Below, piece by piece: positions 37,458 to 50,095 of a stretch of DNA of 64,000 nucleotides. Every line of letters begins with the position of its first letter. Within the stretch, counting starts at the first letter, position 1. Below the pieces are notes generated by a model, which was not told the origin of the DNA, did not search any database, and saw only the letters and a list, made by a program, of their open reading frames with translations. The position numbers and the translations under genes are program-made. The stretch covers positions 178,436,001-178,500,000 of the forward strand of contig OZ024742.1 in NCBI GenBank assembly GCA_964016885.1, written 5' to 3'. The DNA comes from Eledone cirrhosa (Eukaryota).

Positions 37458-37675
37458 CCTTTTAGTATTTAAACTGGCCATATCCAGCCAGAATTCTCTC
37501 TCCTCTTTCTGTTCAAAGCAGCCATAACTGGTAGCTCATACTTATGTTAAGGTATTGTTCTCAAAATAAATATCAAAATCTCATAGATTTGATAAAATGT
37601 GAGATAATTATGTGAAATAAAGTGTTTACTGTGAAAATACTATAGTAAAAATAGAGTAATGTAAATGCTAAATGG
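37458..37675 (+). mobile_element. piggyBac-like MITE family P1
   Basis: TTAA on both sides; TIR CCTTTTAG(C/T)ATTTA. Confidence 0.85.
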
Positions 37676-38109
37676 TTAAGTAATTCACTACCTATTCACC
37701 ATAAATATATATATACATGCATACACGTGCATAGATAATGATAGTTTTATAATACAGAAACTACGTAATATGACAGCTGCAGCTTGATAATGTCTATCTT
37801 CCACATTCCGGTGTCTGGTGTGGTCCGTAGTTATTTTATGGAATATAAGGATGTGCAGGTCAGTGGTTGGCTTATGGCATTTTCTAGGTGTTTTATTTAT
37901 GGGTTAAGGCAATAGACACTTATTTGCATACATATATATATACACACATACACACACACAGATATATATACACACACATATACATTGTTCAACCTTATAT
38001 ATCTGATTCTGTGGTTTCAACAACATATAATAAGATACCATTTTTCCATAAAATCCAATTTCGTTTTGCTTCAATGAGATACAATGCTATTAGAATTCAT
38101 TATAGTATA

Positions 38110-38277
38110 GGGCGGTAGATTGGCAGTATCGGTAGAGAGTTGGACACAATACTTTGACGCATAGATCCCATAAATCCCACCGAGGTTAACTTTGCCTTTC
38201 ATCCTTACGGGGTCGATAAAATAAAGTACCAGTAATGTACTGAGTAATTGCTGGCATTGTGCCTAAAATAGAAACAA
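38110..38277 (+). mobile_element. SINE-A with TSD ATTATAGTATA
   Basis: Head GGGCGGTAGATTGG, core and tail; flanking direct repeat. Confidence 0.85.
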
Positions 38278-38538
38278 TTATAGTATATATATGAATAAGT
38301 CATACCTTAATTGAATAGATTATTGACAAATGTGTGTATATATACACACATAAATATATATATACACACACACATATATATATATACACACATATATATA
38401 TAGTGGCAAGAGTTTTCAAAGAAATAGATCAAGGAAAACAAATCACTATGTAATGTACAGAGCAAAATTATATGAATAAGATCTCCACACAAATGCAAGC
38501 TTGAAACCTTAGGTAGCATGCATCTGTGTTGAGATTTT

Positions 38539-38740
38539 ATACATACATACATACATACATACATACATACATACATACATACATACATACATACATACAT
38601 ACATACATACATACATACATACATACATACATACATACATACATACATACATACATACATACATACATACATACATACATACATACATACATACATACAT
38701 ACATACATACATACATACATACATACATACATACATACAT
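38539..38740. repeat. (ATAC)n microsatellite, about 50 copies
   Basis: Direct reading. Confidence 0.98.
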
Positions 38741-39018
38741 GTGTATATATATATATATATATAATATAGTAATAATAATAAAATTGAAGACTAAAATCCA
38801 AAGAGGGCTCGATAAGGAAAATATATATCAAATATATAAGAACCGTAGAGCAAATATTTATTAAAATAACAGATTAAAGTTTAAGCAAAGAATCGCTGCT
38901 TTCACCCTTAACGGGATCTTGTGAAACTAACAAAGTCAATCTGTAAACGCAGAACTGGATATTTCAAAAAACGTTGCAACCGGAGGAAGACAGGAAGACG
39001 ATACTTTGGTTCGTGGTA

Positions 39019-39274
39019 ACGTTCGCTGGCAAAGAACGGGAAAAAACGAATAGTACGTCATTAATAGGAGCGGTGAAAAACAATTACGCGCAAAGACAGA
39101 ACCACGTTTATGGTATAAAAGAGGTCGTAGACTAATGTTCTCTTAGGTGGTGCATAGAGACGTTCTCTGGCAATGAACGAAAAAACGAAGATAATAAGTC
39201 ATATGTGGAGCGTGGAGAACAATAGCACGCAAAGACAAAACCACGTAAATGGTATAGCAGAAGTCGTAGACTAA
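39019..39274. repeat. Diverged 141-bp-period duplication in CpG-rich unique DNA
   Basis: 39019-39135 versus 39160-39274 share ACGTTC.CTGGCAA, GGAGCG, CGCAAAGACA, ACCACGT and GTCGTAGACTAA. Confidence 0.85.
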
Positions 39275-39602
39275 AATTAATCTCCGCTACAGAGTTAAGA
39301 ACAAAGTAAATAAATACAATACAGAAGTAATAGAAACAAATAAATACATACATGCAAACAGATATGTACATACACAAGCATACGCAAAACCTTACCATAG
39401 GTATACAAAACCACGCACATATAAATATGTGTGTGTGTGTGTATGCTTGTGTACAAATAAATAGATAATTATATCAATGTATATAAGTAAATAAATACGT
39501 ATATAACAAGCGCACACGCATACCTACATATACATACACACATCATCGTTTAACGTCCATCTACCACACTAGCATGGGTTAGACTATATCTATATATATA
39601 TA

Positions 39603-39800
39603 TCATCATCACCGTTTTACGTCCGTTCTTCCACGCTAGCATGGGTTAGACGGGTTGTCCTGTTGTGGGCAGTATCCGGTTGGCTGACCTTGTCTTGCCC
39701 ATACGGGAACTGATTCTGGCTTGATTTCTACAGCTGGATGCCCTTCCTAACACCAACCTCATTTACAGGGAGTGGTGGGTGCTTTTTTTTCCGTGGTGCC
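39603..39800 (-). mobile_element. SINE-B 3' half ((GAT)n-tailed, GTTAGGAAGGGCATCC motif)
   Basis: Reverse complement of 40227-40409. Confidence 0.85.
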
Positions 39801-39810
39801 TACATATAAT

Positions 39811-39877
<67 letters not shown>

Positions 39878-39883
39878 CTTTCT

Positions 39884-39935
<52 letters not shown>

Positions 39936-40036
39936 AAAACTACATGGAGGACACTATTTCTGGTAGATCTATATATATTGTATTTGTAAACAAAAAATGT
40001 TAATGTCTTTTATAAAATGAAGTTTATGTTAATATG

Positions 40037-40409
40037 TGAAGGCGCATGGCTTAGTGGTTAGAGCATTGGGCTTGCAATCGAAAGGTTGCGAGTTCAATTC
40101 TCGGACCGGGTGGTGTGTTGTTTCCTTGAGCAAGACACTTTATTTCACATTGCTTCAGTTTACTCAGCTGTAGAAATGAGATGATAGGACTGGGGTCCGT
40201 ATCCTGCCACTGCAAAGTGGTCGTGGAGGTGCCACGGCAAAAAAGCACCCACTACTCACTGTAAATAAGGTTGGTGTTAGGAAGGGCATCCATCTGTAGA
40301 AATCAAGCCAGAATCAGTTTCCGTATGAGCCAGACAAGGTCAGCCCACAACAGGACAACCCGTCTAACCCATGCTAGCGTGGAAGAACAGGCGTAAAACG
40401 GTGATGATG
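40037..40409 (+). mobile_element. Full-length SINE-B (tRNA head, CORE and (GAT)n tail)
   Basis: A box TGGCTTAGTGG, B box GAGTTCAATTC, CORE CCTTGAGCAAGACACTT. Confidence 0.9.
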
Positions 40410-40502
40410 CTGTTTAATACAAAAATTATTAAAAGTCTCACTAGAAATACTTTTCAAGTGAGTAAAAGAAAAAAAAGCAATATTAGTCAATGACTAATGA
40501 GT

Positions 40503-40537
<35 letters not shown>

Positions 40538-40865
40538 CCCCTAGATATAGTAATACAATTTATAAAATGATTATGATTTACAAAAGAAACAAATCGATAA
40601 CAATGAATCAGAAAAGGAAAAGAGCGAGAGAGAATGCTGGCATTGCCCTCTAAAAATGTTTGAGGCAACCCAAAACACAATATTACTGCAGGTGGTTGCA
40701 GGACTGAGATAGTAGAGTTGCCATCACGGGCATCTGCTTTATCTGCTTCAGTAAGTCAAACTGCCAATGATAAAACTTACAGTGGTAGCTCTTTGAACAT
40801 ATTGAATGTCGCAGACTGATAATTATATATAATTTACCAATAAATACATTATTTTATTAATTTAT

Positions 40866-41091
40866 CCCTTTAGCATATTTCCCCAGAATTAGCGTATTTG
40901 TCCAGAATTCTTTCACCTCTTTCTGTTCTAACCAGCTGTAACTGGCCACTCATACTGATGTTATGGTATTGTTCTCAAAATAAATTATATCAAAATCTCA
41001 TAGATTCTATATTATGAAAGATATTATGTGAGATAAAACCTTTACCACGAAAATACAATAGTGTATATAGAGTAATGTAAATGCTAAAAGG
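40866..41091 (+). mobile_element. piggyBac-like MITE P1
   Basis: CCCTTTAGCAT...ATGCTAAAAGG, colinear with 37458-37675. Confidence 0.8.
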
Positions 41092-41340
41092 TTCATCTTT
41101 TCAGATAGATATTAGTGCAGCAATCCCCTTTGCCTCTCACACATGCGCACACTTTCACTATACTATCTAGGATGTGAGAAGGTGCAAAAAAGTTACTGAT
41201 TGTGATGTTTGCAATCTACTTCTAACCTAAAGGTAAAAAGTAAGGCTCTCTGTATCGACCCGGGACAATCCAACTGCCTCTTGAATTGGGGGATATTGAC
41301 TCTGTCTAAGGGCCTATCTGTTATCATAATAAATTATTAA

Positions 41341-41584
41341 CCCTTTCATTACCATATTTCTATTGAAAGACATTCCCTGCAATTTGAAATCATTGTGAAA
41401 ACAACCAAGAATTTTGGAGGATTTATTAGTAATGTAACTAACTTTTTTATTATTAAATTGACATTTGGGACATAACTTAACATAGGTTCTTGGATAAAAT
41501 TATGATGGTAGATTTTTAGATAAATATAAACACATTAAAACAGCTTTGTATCATAGAACCAGAGGTGGTTTGGTATCAAAAGTG
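41341..41584 (-). mobile_element. TTAA MITE family P2 (further copies near 21.2-21.7, 24.3-24.7, 34.2-34.5, 42.7-42.9, 51.3-51.5, 55.1-55.6 and 57.2-58.3 kb)
   Basis: TTAA-CCCTTTCATTACCATATTTC...TGGTATCAAAAGTG-TTAA. Confidence 0.75.
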
Positions 41585-41759
41585 TTAACATTTTGATACT
41601 TTGCACAGTTTGTCTTCCTTTTATAAAAATTACTTGATAGTGTCAAGAATATTCATTAAAAAAACATTAGTATAGGAAACTTCACAAGTAAATCTCTTGA
41701 TTTTAATTTTATTGTAAATATTTTGTAACATTAGAATCACTTCAGTATTTATTATTAGT

Positions 41760-41972
41760 CAAGTGGATTGGCAGTATCAATAGAGCACCAGACAACACGC
41801 TTTGTGGCATAGTTATGGCCATTTACGTTTTGAGTTCAAATCCTGCCGAAGTTTGCCTTGCCTTTCATCCTTACGGGGTCAATTAAATAAATTACCAGTA
41901 ATGCACTGGGGTTGTTTTAATTGATATCTCCTCCAAAAATGGTTGGCCTTGTACCTAAATCAGAAACCATTA
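41760..41972 (+). mobile_element. SINE-A
   Basis: Core and tail; TSD ATTAT(T/C)AGTCAA. Confidence 0.85.
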
Positions 41973-42167
41973 TCAGTCAAATAAGTAACCTAATCATCCA
42001 TTGGTTTAGTAACTGGATGATTATTTGTCAAAACTCTTTTGTCACATGAGTCTAAAATAGTCACTGAGAAGATCACAGAATGTGTAACTGAATGAACTTT
42101 GACAGTTAAATAACTATCTGATTACTAAACCAACTGATAAACAGATTAATTATATGACTAATAACAA

Positions 42168-42372
42168 TGGGGTCTGATTCAGGCACAAGGCCATCAATTT
42201 GGGGAGAGGAGAAATCGATTAAATCAACATCAGTGCATTACTGGTACTTTATTTTATCGACCCTGTAAGGCTGAAAGGCAAAGTTAACCTCGGTTGCATT
42301 TGAACTGAGAATGTAAATGTACGTAACTAGCATATTGTCCAATGCTCTGCCGATATAGCCAATCCACTGCCC
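42168..42372 (-). mobile_element. SINE-A
   Basis: Full head-to-tail match. Confidence 0.85.
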
Positions 42373-42387
42373 TACCCGACTAATAAT

Positions 42388-42625
42388 TGTTTCTACTTTT
42401 TGGCACAAGGCCAGCAATTATCCCAGTGTATTACTGGTACTTTATTTTATCGACCCCTGTAAGGATGAAAGGCAAAGTTAACCTCGGCGGGATTTGAACT
42501 CATGCTATAAAAGACCGTAACTCAATAATGAACCAAAGCCCTAAACACCAGGACATGTACCTCCAGTCTCCCTGCACCCAATGCTAATGCCTCACTAATA
42601 TGTAGCATGACATTCTTTACTCATG
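42388..42625 (-). mobile_element. SINE-A 3' part plus about 105 bp of transduced unique DNA, 17-bp TSD
   Basis: CCTACCCGACTAATAAT at 42371-42387 and 42626-42642; insert nearly identical to 44371-44617. Confidence 0.85.
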
Positions 42626-44149
42626 CCTACCCGACTAATAATAATAATAATAAATAGCTTGTAACATTGTTTTAACATCATCATCATCGTTTAACATCCA
42701 TCTTCCACGCTTGCATTTAACATTCATTTTATTGTAAACATTATTAACCTTTTCAAATCATATGAAAAATTGATGGTGGAGGGGGTTAGTAGTAATATAA
42801 CTAACTTCTCATTATTAAGTTGGCATTTGGAACATAACATAACATAACATATGCTCTTAGAAAAAAATGATGAACGGTTTTTAGATCAATATAAACACCT
42901 TAAAGCCAACAGCTTTATATCATAGAAACAGGGGTGGTTTAAAATAATTGTTAATTTTATTGTAAATATTTTGTAAACATTTTATAACATTAATCTTATT
43001 GTAAACATTACAAAACCAAGTCAACTGCTAGGAAAAGAAAACAAAATCCAGAAATACAGTTATGCTAAATTTCTCAGTTCATTTCCGGTTGCCACTTTTA
43101 TGAGAATCCCAGACACTGAGAAGAGGTTAACATGAAACAATTCACTTATTTCCATTGCTGTTCCATAGCAACATCCTGGCATAGTTTGGAAATTACTTCC
43201 TGTCAGATAGGATATATTGGTGAAACCTTAGAAATTTTATAGACAGCTTATTTCTCTGTAGCTTTTCATATACACAGTATATGTGAGTGAGGTAGTATAT
43301 CTAGTATAGAAAGGCCTGTGGAAAACCTTGACACAGCCCACCCACACACACACCCACACGGACGGACAGACTTTTTTTTTTTTTTTTTTTAATATTACAT
43401 TTATTCCTTTCAGAAAATGTTGATCATATTAATTTATAATGAATGAAAAAGAAAAATAATTACCAGGAAAAACATTCTCTGATGTTTGTGTGTATTCTGT
43501 TTCCTGTGTATGTGTTCTGAGTGTCATCTCTGTGTGTGTTATGTGTTCTGTGTGCATGTATGTGTATTCCGTGACCATATTGGTACATTGCCTTTAGTAT
43601 CAACTCCATGTTCCTAATCCTTTTGATACTAAAATGTCAGAAGCTGCCTCTGATTTTTGGTGTTTTAAAGATTGGGACCCCAGTTGTATGATGTTAAATT
43701 TAGTCTTTCTTGGGCCTAGATGCTCATCAGGCTTGAAATTATCCGTTTCTTGGTGTTGAGTGAGGGTATAAAACTTCCTCTTGGATTGGATGCCAGTCCA
43801 TCACAAGGTTAGCTCTCAGCTCTGCTTGTTTGTTCCATCTGAGTGGACTGGAGCAACATGAAATGAAGTGTCTTGCACAAGGACACAATGTACCATATGT
43901 TGCTGAAATTGAGCCCACAACTTTGCAATGGAGTTACTCAGAGAATGTTCATGCCAACCCTTACCTATGGTCATGTATCTTAGGTAATGACTGAAAGAAT
44001 ATCACAAATACAAGCAGCCAAAATAGGGTTTCTCCAAAGGACCTTTGTAGTAGCCTTACTCAATAGGGTGCATAACTCGCTGATCAGAGAATCACCCCAG
44101 GTAGAACTGCTACTTTTCTGAATTAAGAGTACTATGGTACTATGAACAT

Positions 44150-44365
44150 GTGGTGAGAATGTCTGAGGAAAGGATCACTGGACAGATTTTACAAAGCCAA
44201 GTGAGAGGTAACCCAGGAGTAGACCACAAGCAAGATGGTTAGTTCACATCCTTGAGTTCAATTGGTCTCACTTGGGGATTCAGTCGATTCAATTGGAGAT
44301 AGTTGCTTCTGTGAGGCCTGTTTGCCCTCACAAGCTTCCAAGGAATAACTAAGCAAGGAGGAAGA
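44150..44365 (+). mobile_element. RTE LINE 3' end
   Basis: Homologous to the reverse of 31060-31300. Confidence 0.7.
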
Positions 44366-44374
44366 ACTTTCTAA

Positions 44375-44512
44375 TAATTGTTTCTACTTTTGGCACAAGG
44401 CCAGCAATTATCCCAGTGTATTACTGCTATTTTATTTTATCGACCCCGTAAGAATGAAAGGCAAAGTTAACCTCGGCGGGATTTGAACTCTTGCTATAAA
44501 AGACCGTAACTC
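44375..44512 (-). mobile_element. 5'-truncated SINE-A (putative donor locus)
   Basis: Core and tail; its flank is duplicated at 42520-42625. Confidence 0.85.
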
Positions 44513-47044
44513 AATAATGAACCAAAGCCCTAAACACCAGGACATGCACCTCCAGTCTCCCTGCACCCAATGCTAATGCCTCACTAACATGTAGCATGAC
44601 ATTCTTTACACATGCCTTACAAACCTGCCTTTTACATGGCAGATAGATAGCCTTTATAACCAACAGTGACATATTTCATAAACATCTTTCACCTCACCCC
44701 CTTCCTTACTCCAGCTACACTGATTTTGTTACAGCCACCCCACCCAACATTAATTAAATCACCTAGGTAACAGAAACTATCAACTGCATCTAGTGAGCCT
44801 TTATTTTGTCAGTCTACCCCCATCCTGCTGTTACCCATTCTTATACATCAAGTGCTGCATCTGAATGTCTGGTTCTGTTAGTCAGACAGTGATTCTACTG
44901 CATTATTGTTTGCATTGAGTACACAGTATGAAATTATATATATACACACACACAAGCATATATATATATATATTGTGTGTATTGTACTGAAAACCACAAA
45001 AATCTGTTGCGTAACATAAACCATAATCAGTATTTATGGCAGATATATTTGCAAAGGTAAACAACAAAACATTCTCAGATGGTGAACTAGCAAGATAGGC
45101 CTATTCTGTTGCTATATAAGGGCTTTATCTGATTTGGTCTTTTTGTAGAAACAGCAACAACAAAATACCTCTGCAGCAATTGTAGAAGATACTCGTGCAA
45201 TGATAAATGTTTCATTCAACCTTCCAATCTAACATGGACAGCCACCAAAATATTCAGTGCCAGTGTATATTATGTTACACATAATTGTTTCAATGCTAAC
45301 TTGGAAATTATTGAACTAAGATTTTTTTTTTTTGTCTTTTTTTTTTTGTATGAATGGAGTTCTAGGAACACCATTAAATCATATGTTGTGTCTTGCATAC
45401 TTTTAACCAGGCCCTCTACAGGTCTGAACATAGCTGATTTCTTCCAGAAAAGATGATATAGAGAAAGAATCGGACCTCAGTATTAGACTGGTACTTTTTT
45501 TAGGCTTTGAAAGATGAAAGGCAAAGTTGATCTTGGTGGGATTTGAACTCCGAAAGCAGATCTTGGTGGGATTTGAACTCCGAAAGCAGAGAGCTGGAAA
45601 AAATACAGCAAAGCATTCCATCTGAAGTTCTAATAATTTGTTGCTTATTTACCAATGATTATTAAACAAAATAATTTATGGTTGGAAATTTTGTCTTTTT
45701 TTTATTAACAAATTATTTGGATATTCAATCATATTTTTAGAACCGTTGGGCGGTATGAATTTAAACAAAAATATGTTAGTTTCAACACAGGTTTTTTGAC
45801 AAAAGCACTCAGCTCACCCTGTAAGGTGATAGTGCTGGAGCCACAACAAAAGCACCCGGTCCACCCTATAAAGTGGTAGTGCCGGATTCATGATAAAATG
45901 CTCCCAGTTCATGCTGTAAAGTTATTGGCATTAGAAAGGGCATTCAGACAGAAAGGCCCAGCCAAAACAATGTATACTAGCAGGACCTAGCACACGACAG
46001 ACATCTATCCCATGCAAGCATAAAAAATCACGTTAAACGAGGATGTTGGAGTTGGGCATATCAGCCACTAAAGATGAACTAAAAGTGGACAGTGTTGCCT
46101 GTGGGACTTGTAAGCCCAGCCATCTGGCATACAGCAGGTGTGAGTTCATGACTCAATGCTGTCCCCTTTTTTTCTACCTCTAGGGTCTGATATCCCCCCA
46201 ACTACTTTTCATAGTCAAAAACCCTGCATAGAAGCTGTTTACTTCAAGCTAACATATTTAGATATTAATTGATACATTAAGTAGGTTGTCTCTCTCCATT
46301 CAACACGCCTTATGCTGGATATGCTACAGATTATATGAAAAGCAAAATCAGTCAAACAAATAATGAAATGCAATTACAAATAGTTACATAGCAACATAAT
46401 TTCTTTTAGATATTGGTGACTATAGTAATCAGCCATACCAATTATATCCAAATATATTCAAAGTCGCAGGCATGTTTGTATGATTAGAGTTCACTTCCCA
46501 ACATCATAGGTCTTGGTTCAGTCCCACTGCATGGCACCTTGGGAAAGTGCCTTCTCCTGTATCCTTGGGTTGACGAATAACTTGTGAGTGGAATTTGGTA
46601 GACAGAAACCTGTTGTCTGTGTGTGTGTGTTTCTGTCTGTGTCTGTATTTACCTTTGTGTTTGTCTCATAACTTATAATGGATAGCTGTAAGGTCTTATG
46701 AGGCCTAAGAATTTCATAATATACACTCATCTTTTGATTATCTTTCCCTAAAATTACATTTATCTTGAATTCACTCTCTCCTGCTAAAATGTTTTTTGTG
46801 TTTTTTTTTTTTGCATGAAAATATATTCTATTTCAATAGAATGAATATATATAAAAACAATTTATATAAAAAATTGTCAAAAAATTAAAAATAGGAAAAA
46901 AGTAGATAAACACACTTGATTGCATGGAATTTCCTTCTAATAATTTTTGAGATAATCCTATACACTTATAGCAAAAGTCACACATAAGCCTGCTTGATCA
47001 TAGCTACCTGAGAGTAAAATACAAGAAGAATAACTATAAATAAT

Positions 47045-47230
47045 TGTTTCTACTTTAGGCACAAGGCCAGCAATTACCCAGTGCATTACTGGTACTTTAT
47101 TTTATCGACCCCGTAAGGATGAAAGGCAAAGTCAACCTCGGCGGGATTTGAACTCAGATCGTAAAGGGACGTAACTATGCTGGAAAGCATGGCGTCCGAC
47201 CCTCTACCGATACTGCCAATCCACCGCCCT
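47045..47230 (-). mobile_element. Young full-length SINE-A with a 17-bp TSD
   Basis: GAATAACTATAAATAAT at 47028-47044 and 47231-47247. Confidence 0.93.
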
Positions 47231-47759
47231 GAATAACTATAAATAATGTGGTCCTAGCGACAATGTCAGTGGTCACAGCTGGAACACACACTCAATCATA
47301 AGCCTGCTCAATTAGAATGTGACTTAGGGCTAAACAGTAGTCACTTAACAAAGCTATCCCTACTATCTTGCTGGAGGGTCTGGATGGACATATAGAAACT
47401 GCCCCTCTTCTCTTACTGATTATGATTTTTAGAAATCCTTAAGTAATTCTGCCCAGCTATGCAATGAGCAATAGGGTTGTAATATCTAAAGTTATACTAT
47501 GTAATAATTGCCAAATGGGCAGGTATTAGAATATTGGATAAAATACTTTGCTGTATTTGTTCTGACTCTGTATTCTGAGTTCAAATCATGCTGAGGTCAA
47601 CTGCCTTTCAAGGTTGATAAAGCAAGTAGCAGTCCAGTACTGTGGGTTGATTCTTTCTCTTTATCTCTTTCTCACTTCCTCTCTATCACTCATCAAAAAA
47701 TGCACAAGAAATGCTGTATGTCACTATGGCATCCTTACGGCTCCACCAGGAGTTACAGG

Positions 47760-47812
<53 letters not shown>

Positions 47813-49199
47813 TATGTAATAGCTAAATTTATAAAAGATAAGTGACAGACTAGGGTGGAGTAGTTAGAGAAAATAGTAAAGAAAGATGTCTGGGGTGTCA
47901 AGCCAGTATGTTAGATGTCAGGTCTACTTAGATAAGAAGACCAACAGATAGAAATGTTTCAAAACCAAAGATCAGATATAAGGACTGCTTAAAACCTTAT
48001 CTAAGAAATTGCCAAATTTCTTTGGAGGATCAGGAATGTCTTGCAGAAAATATATAGAAAGTTAGAGAGAGGGCACGGCCATAGGATTTTGAAGATTTGA
48101 ATGAAATCGTTAAAGAGAAAATGTTGTTTCACCTTTCAATTCTAGTCAGTGGTTGTGTGCAATAGGGTTAGCCTTTTGCTAAGCTGGTCTCAAAATCTAT
48201 ATGCATAAACATAACAGAAATGTAAAAAAAAAATCTAAAGTTTTTCATACAAACACAGTTAACCCTCAATCCTTGATACAAAATAAAAGGTGCTTTGCTA
48301 TAATGGGCTTGAGGTGTCCTCATGAGGTTTAGAAGTCATAAAAAGGCATGTGCATAATAATATTAAGAAAAATTCAGACCATTTTGAGAATATTTAAGGT
48401 CAGGATTGGTAGTGAGTTCCACCAGCTTTTTCTTCTTTTCTACTTTTTTTTATTCCGTGAATTTTTAAAAATGTATGTATGTATGTATGTGTGTATGTGT
48501 GTGTGTGTGTGCATGACTGTGTGTCTGCCTACGTGTGTGCATGTCTGCCTATGTGTGTGCATGTCTGCCTATGTATGTATATATGTCTGCCTGTGTATGT
48601 GCATGTCTATGTATTTGTCTAGCTGTATCAGTGTGTATATCTCTTTTATTGTCACTGTGTGTGCATATCTGTCTGTGTCTGAGTGTATCTGTGCATCTGA
48701 CTGTCTCACCAACATAGCTAAGTTAATAGCTGTTAAGTGACAAGTAGAGAATATTTTTATGGAGGAAAAATAGTCCAGATGACAGTTTTATAATGTCTGA
48801 AATTATGTGGTACAAGGTTGGGAAAGGGCTGGCTGAATTTATACCCTCAGTAGTTGGCTGAGTTAAAGGTGTGGGGGTATGAAAAATCAATCAATTCAAG
48901 TAATTAAATCATTGTTTGCCCAGATTTTTTTAATACCTGGTTTGAGGAAAACCTTTATTGAAGTTTATAGTCTTTCACTTTTTATCACTCTCACCTTCAA
49001 CAATACAGTGAACTGTTGACTGGACTGTTAAACAAATATTTCAACTCGTATTTCCAATGAAGCTCTTCTTCTAAAGAAAGCTGTTTGAATGTAATAAAAA
49101 GAAGTTAAAACAATTGACTTGTTAGCAAAGGGTATGAGAATATGTCCCTTGTGAGCTTAGTTTTCCAGAACAAATACTCTCAGGTCCTAAATAATAGAA

Positions 49200-49480
49200 C
49201 GGAACAGCCTGCTCATGAACTTGTATAAGTGGCTGAGCATTCCACAGACACATGTAATTCACAGATTAGTATGACACAGTGTAACAAGGCTAGCTTTTTG
49301 AATTACAGATACTGTCCATTGAACGAGCTTTTAAACAGTTTCTGTCTAACTAGTTTCATTCAAAAGACATGGGTCAACCCGAGGTAATGGTAAATGACAT
49401 TTGCCCAAGATGCTACATAGTAGAATTGAACCTAAGACCTAATGATTGCAAAGTAACCACATAACCATTCAGCCAAGATG
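49200..49480 (-). mobile_element. SINE family C
   Basis: GGAACAGCCTGCTCATGAA...CCACAGACAC, homologous to 3750-4065. Confidence 0.7.
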
Positions 49481-49639
49481 CCCACCAAAGGAAGATAATG
49501 TATAACTGTATAGCTATCATATTTATCTCTGACACAATGAAACTCAATGAGTCAGAGAGGTTATATTTCTTCGACTGCTTCTCTGACACATTATACTTCT
49601 GGTTAGATAGCTTTGAAAAATGAGAGATTAGTTTGGTGC

Positions 49640-50095
49640 CAGTCCACTCTGTAAGTTGCTGGTGCTATGATAATAATGCACCCTGTTCACTCTGTAAAGA
49701 GGTAGTGCTGGTGCCATGATAAAATGCTCCCAGCTCACTCTGTAAAGTGGTAGTGCTCATAGCACAGTAAAATACACCCATTATACTCTGCAAAGTGTTA
49801 GTGCTGGTGCTGTGACAAAATGTCCCAATACATTCTGTAAAATAGTAGTGCTTGTGCCATGATAAAATGCACCCATTATTCTCAGTAAAGTGGTAGTGTT
49901 GATGCCACAATGAAATGCATCCAATACATGCTGTAAAGTTAGTGTTAGGACAGGCTTCCAACTGTAAAAACAACCAAGTTTAAAAAATGAAACATATGAT
50001 GATGATGATGAGCAAGGTGTCACTTGACCTGTCTAACTTCAGCACATAACCCATCTAATGTATGGAAAATAGACGTTACATGATGATGATGATGA
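49640..50095 (+). mobile_element. SINE-B tail preceded by a 48-bp internal tandem array (about 6 copies)
   Basis: CTCTGTAAAG-type unit starts at 49690, 49738, 49786, 49834, 49881 and 49929. Confidence 0.75.

Noticed and set aside
40040-40110. tRNA gene
   Set aside because: The A/B boxes belong to a SINE head that continues into the CORE domain; there is no acceptor stem.
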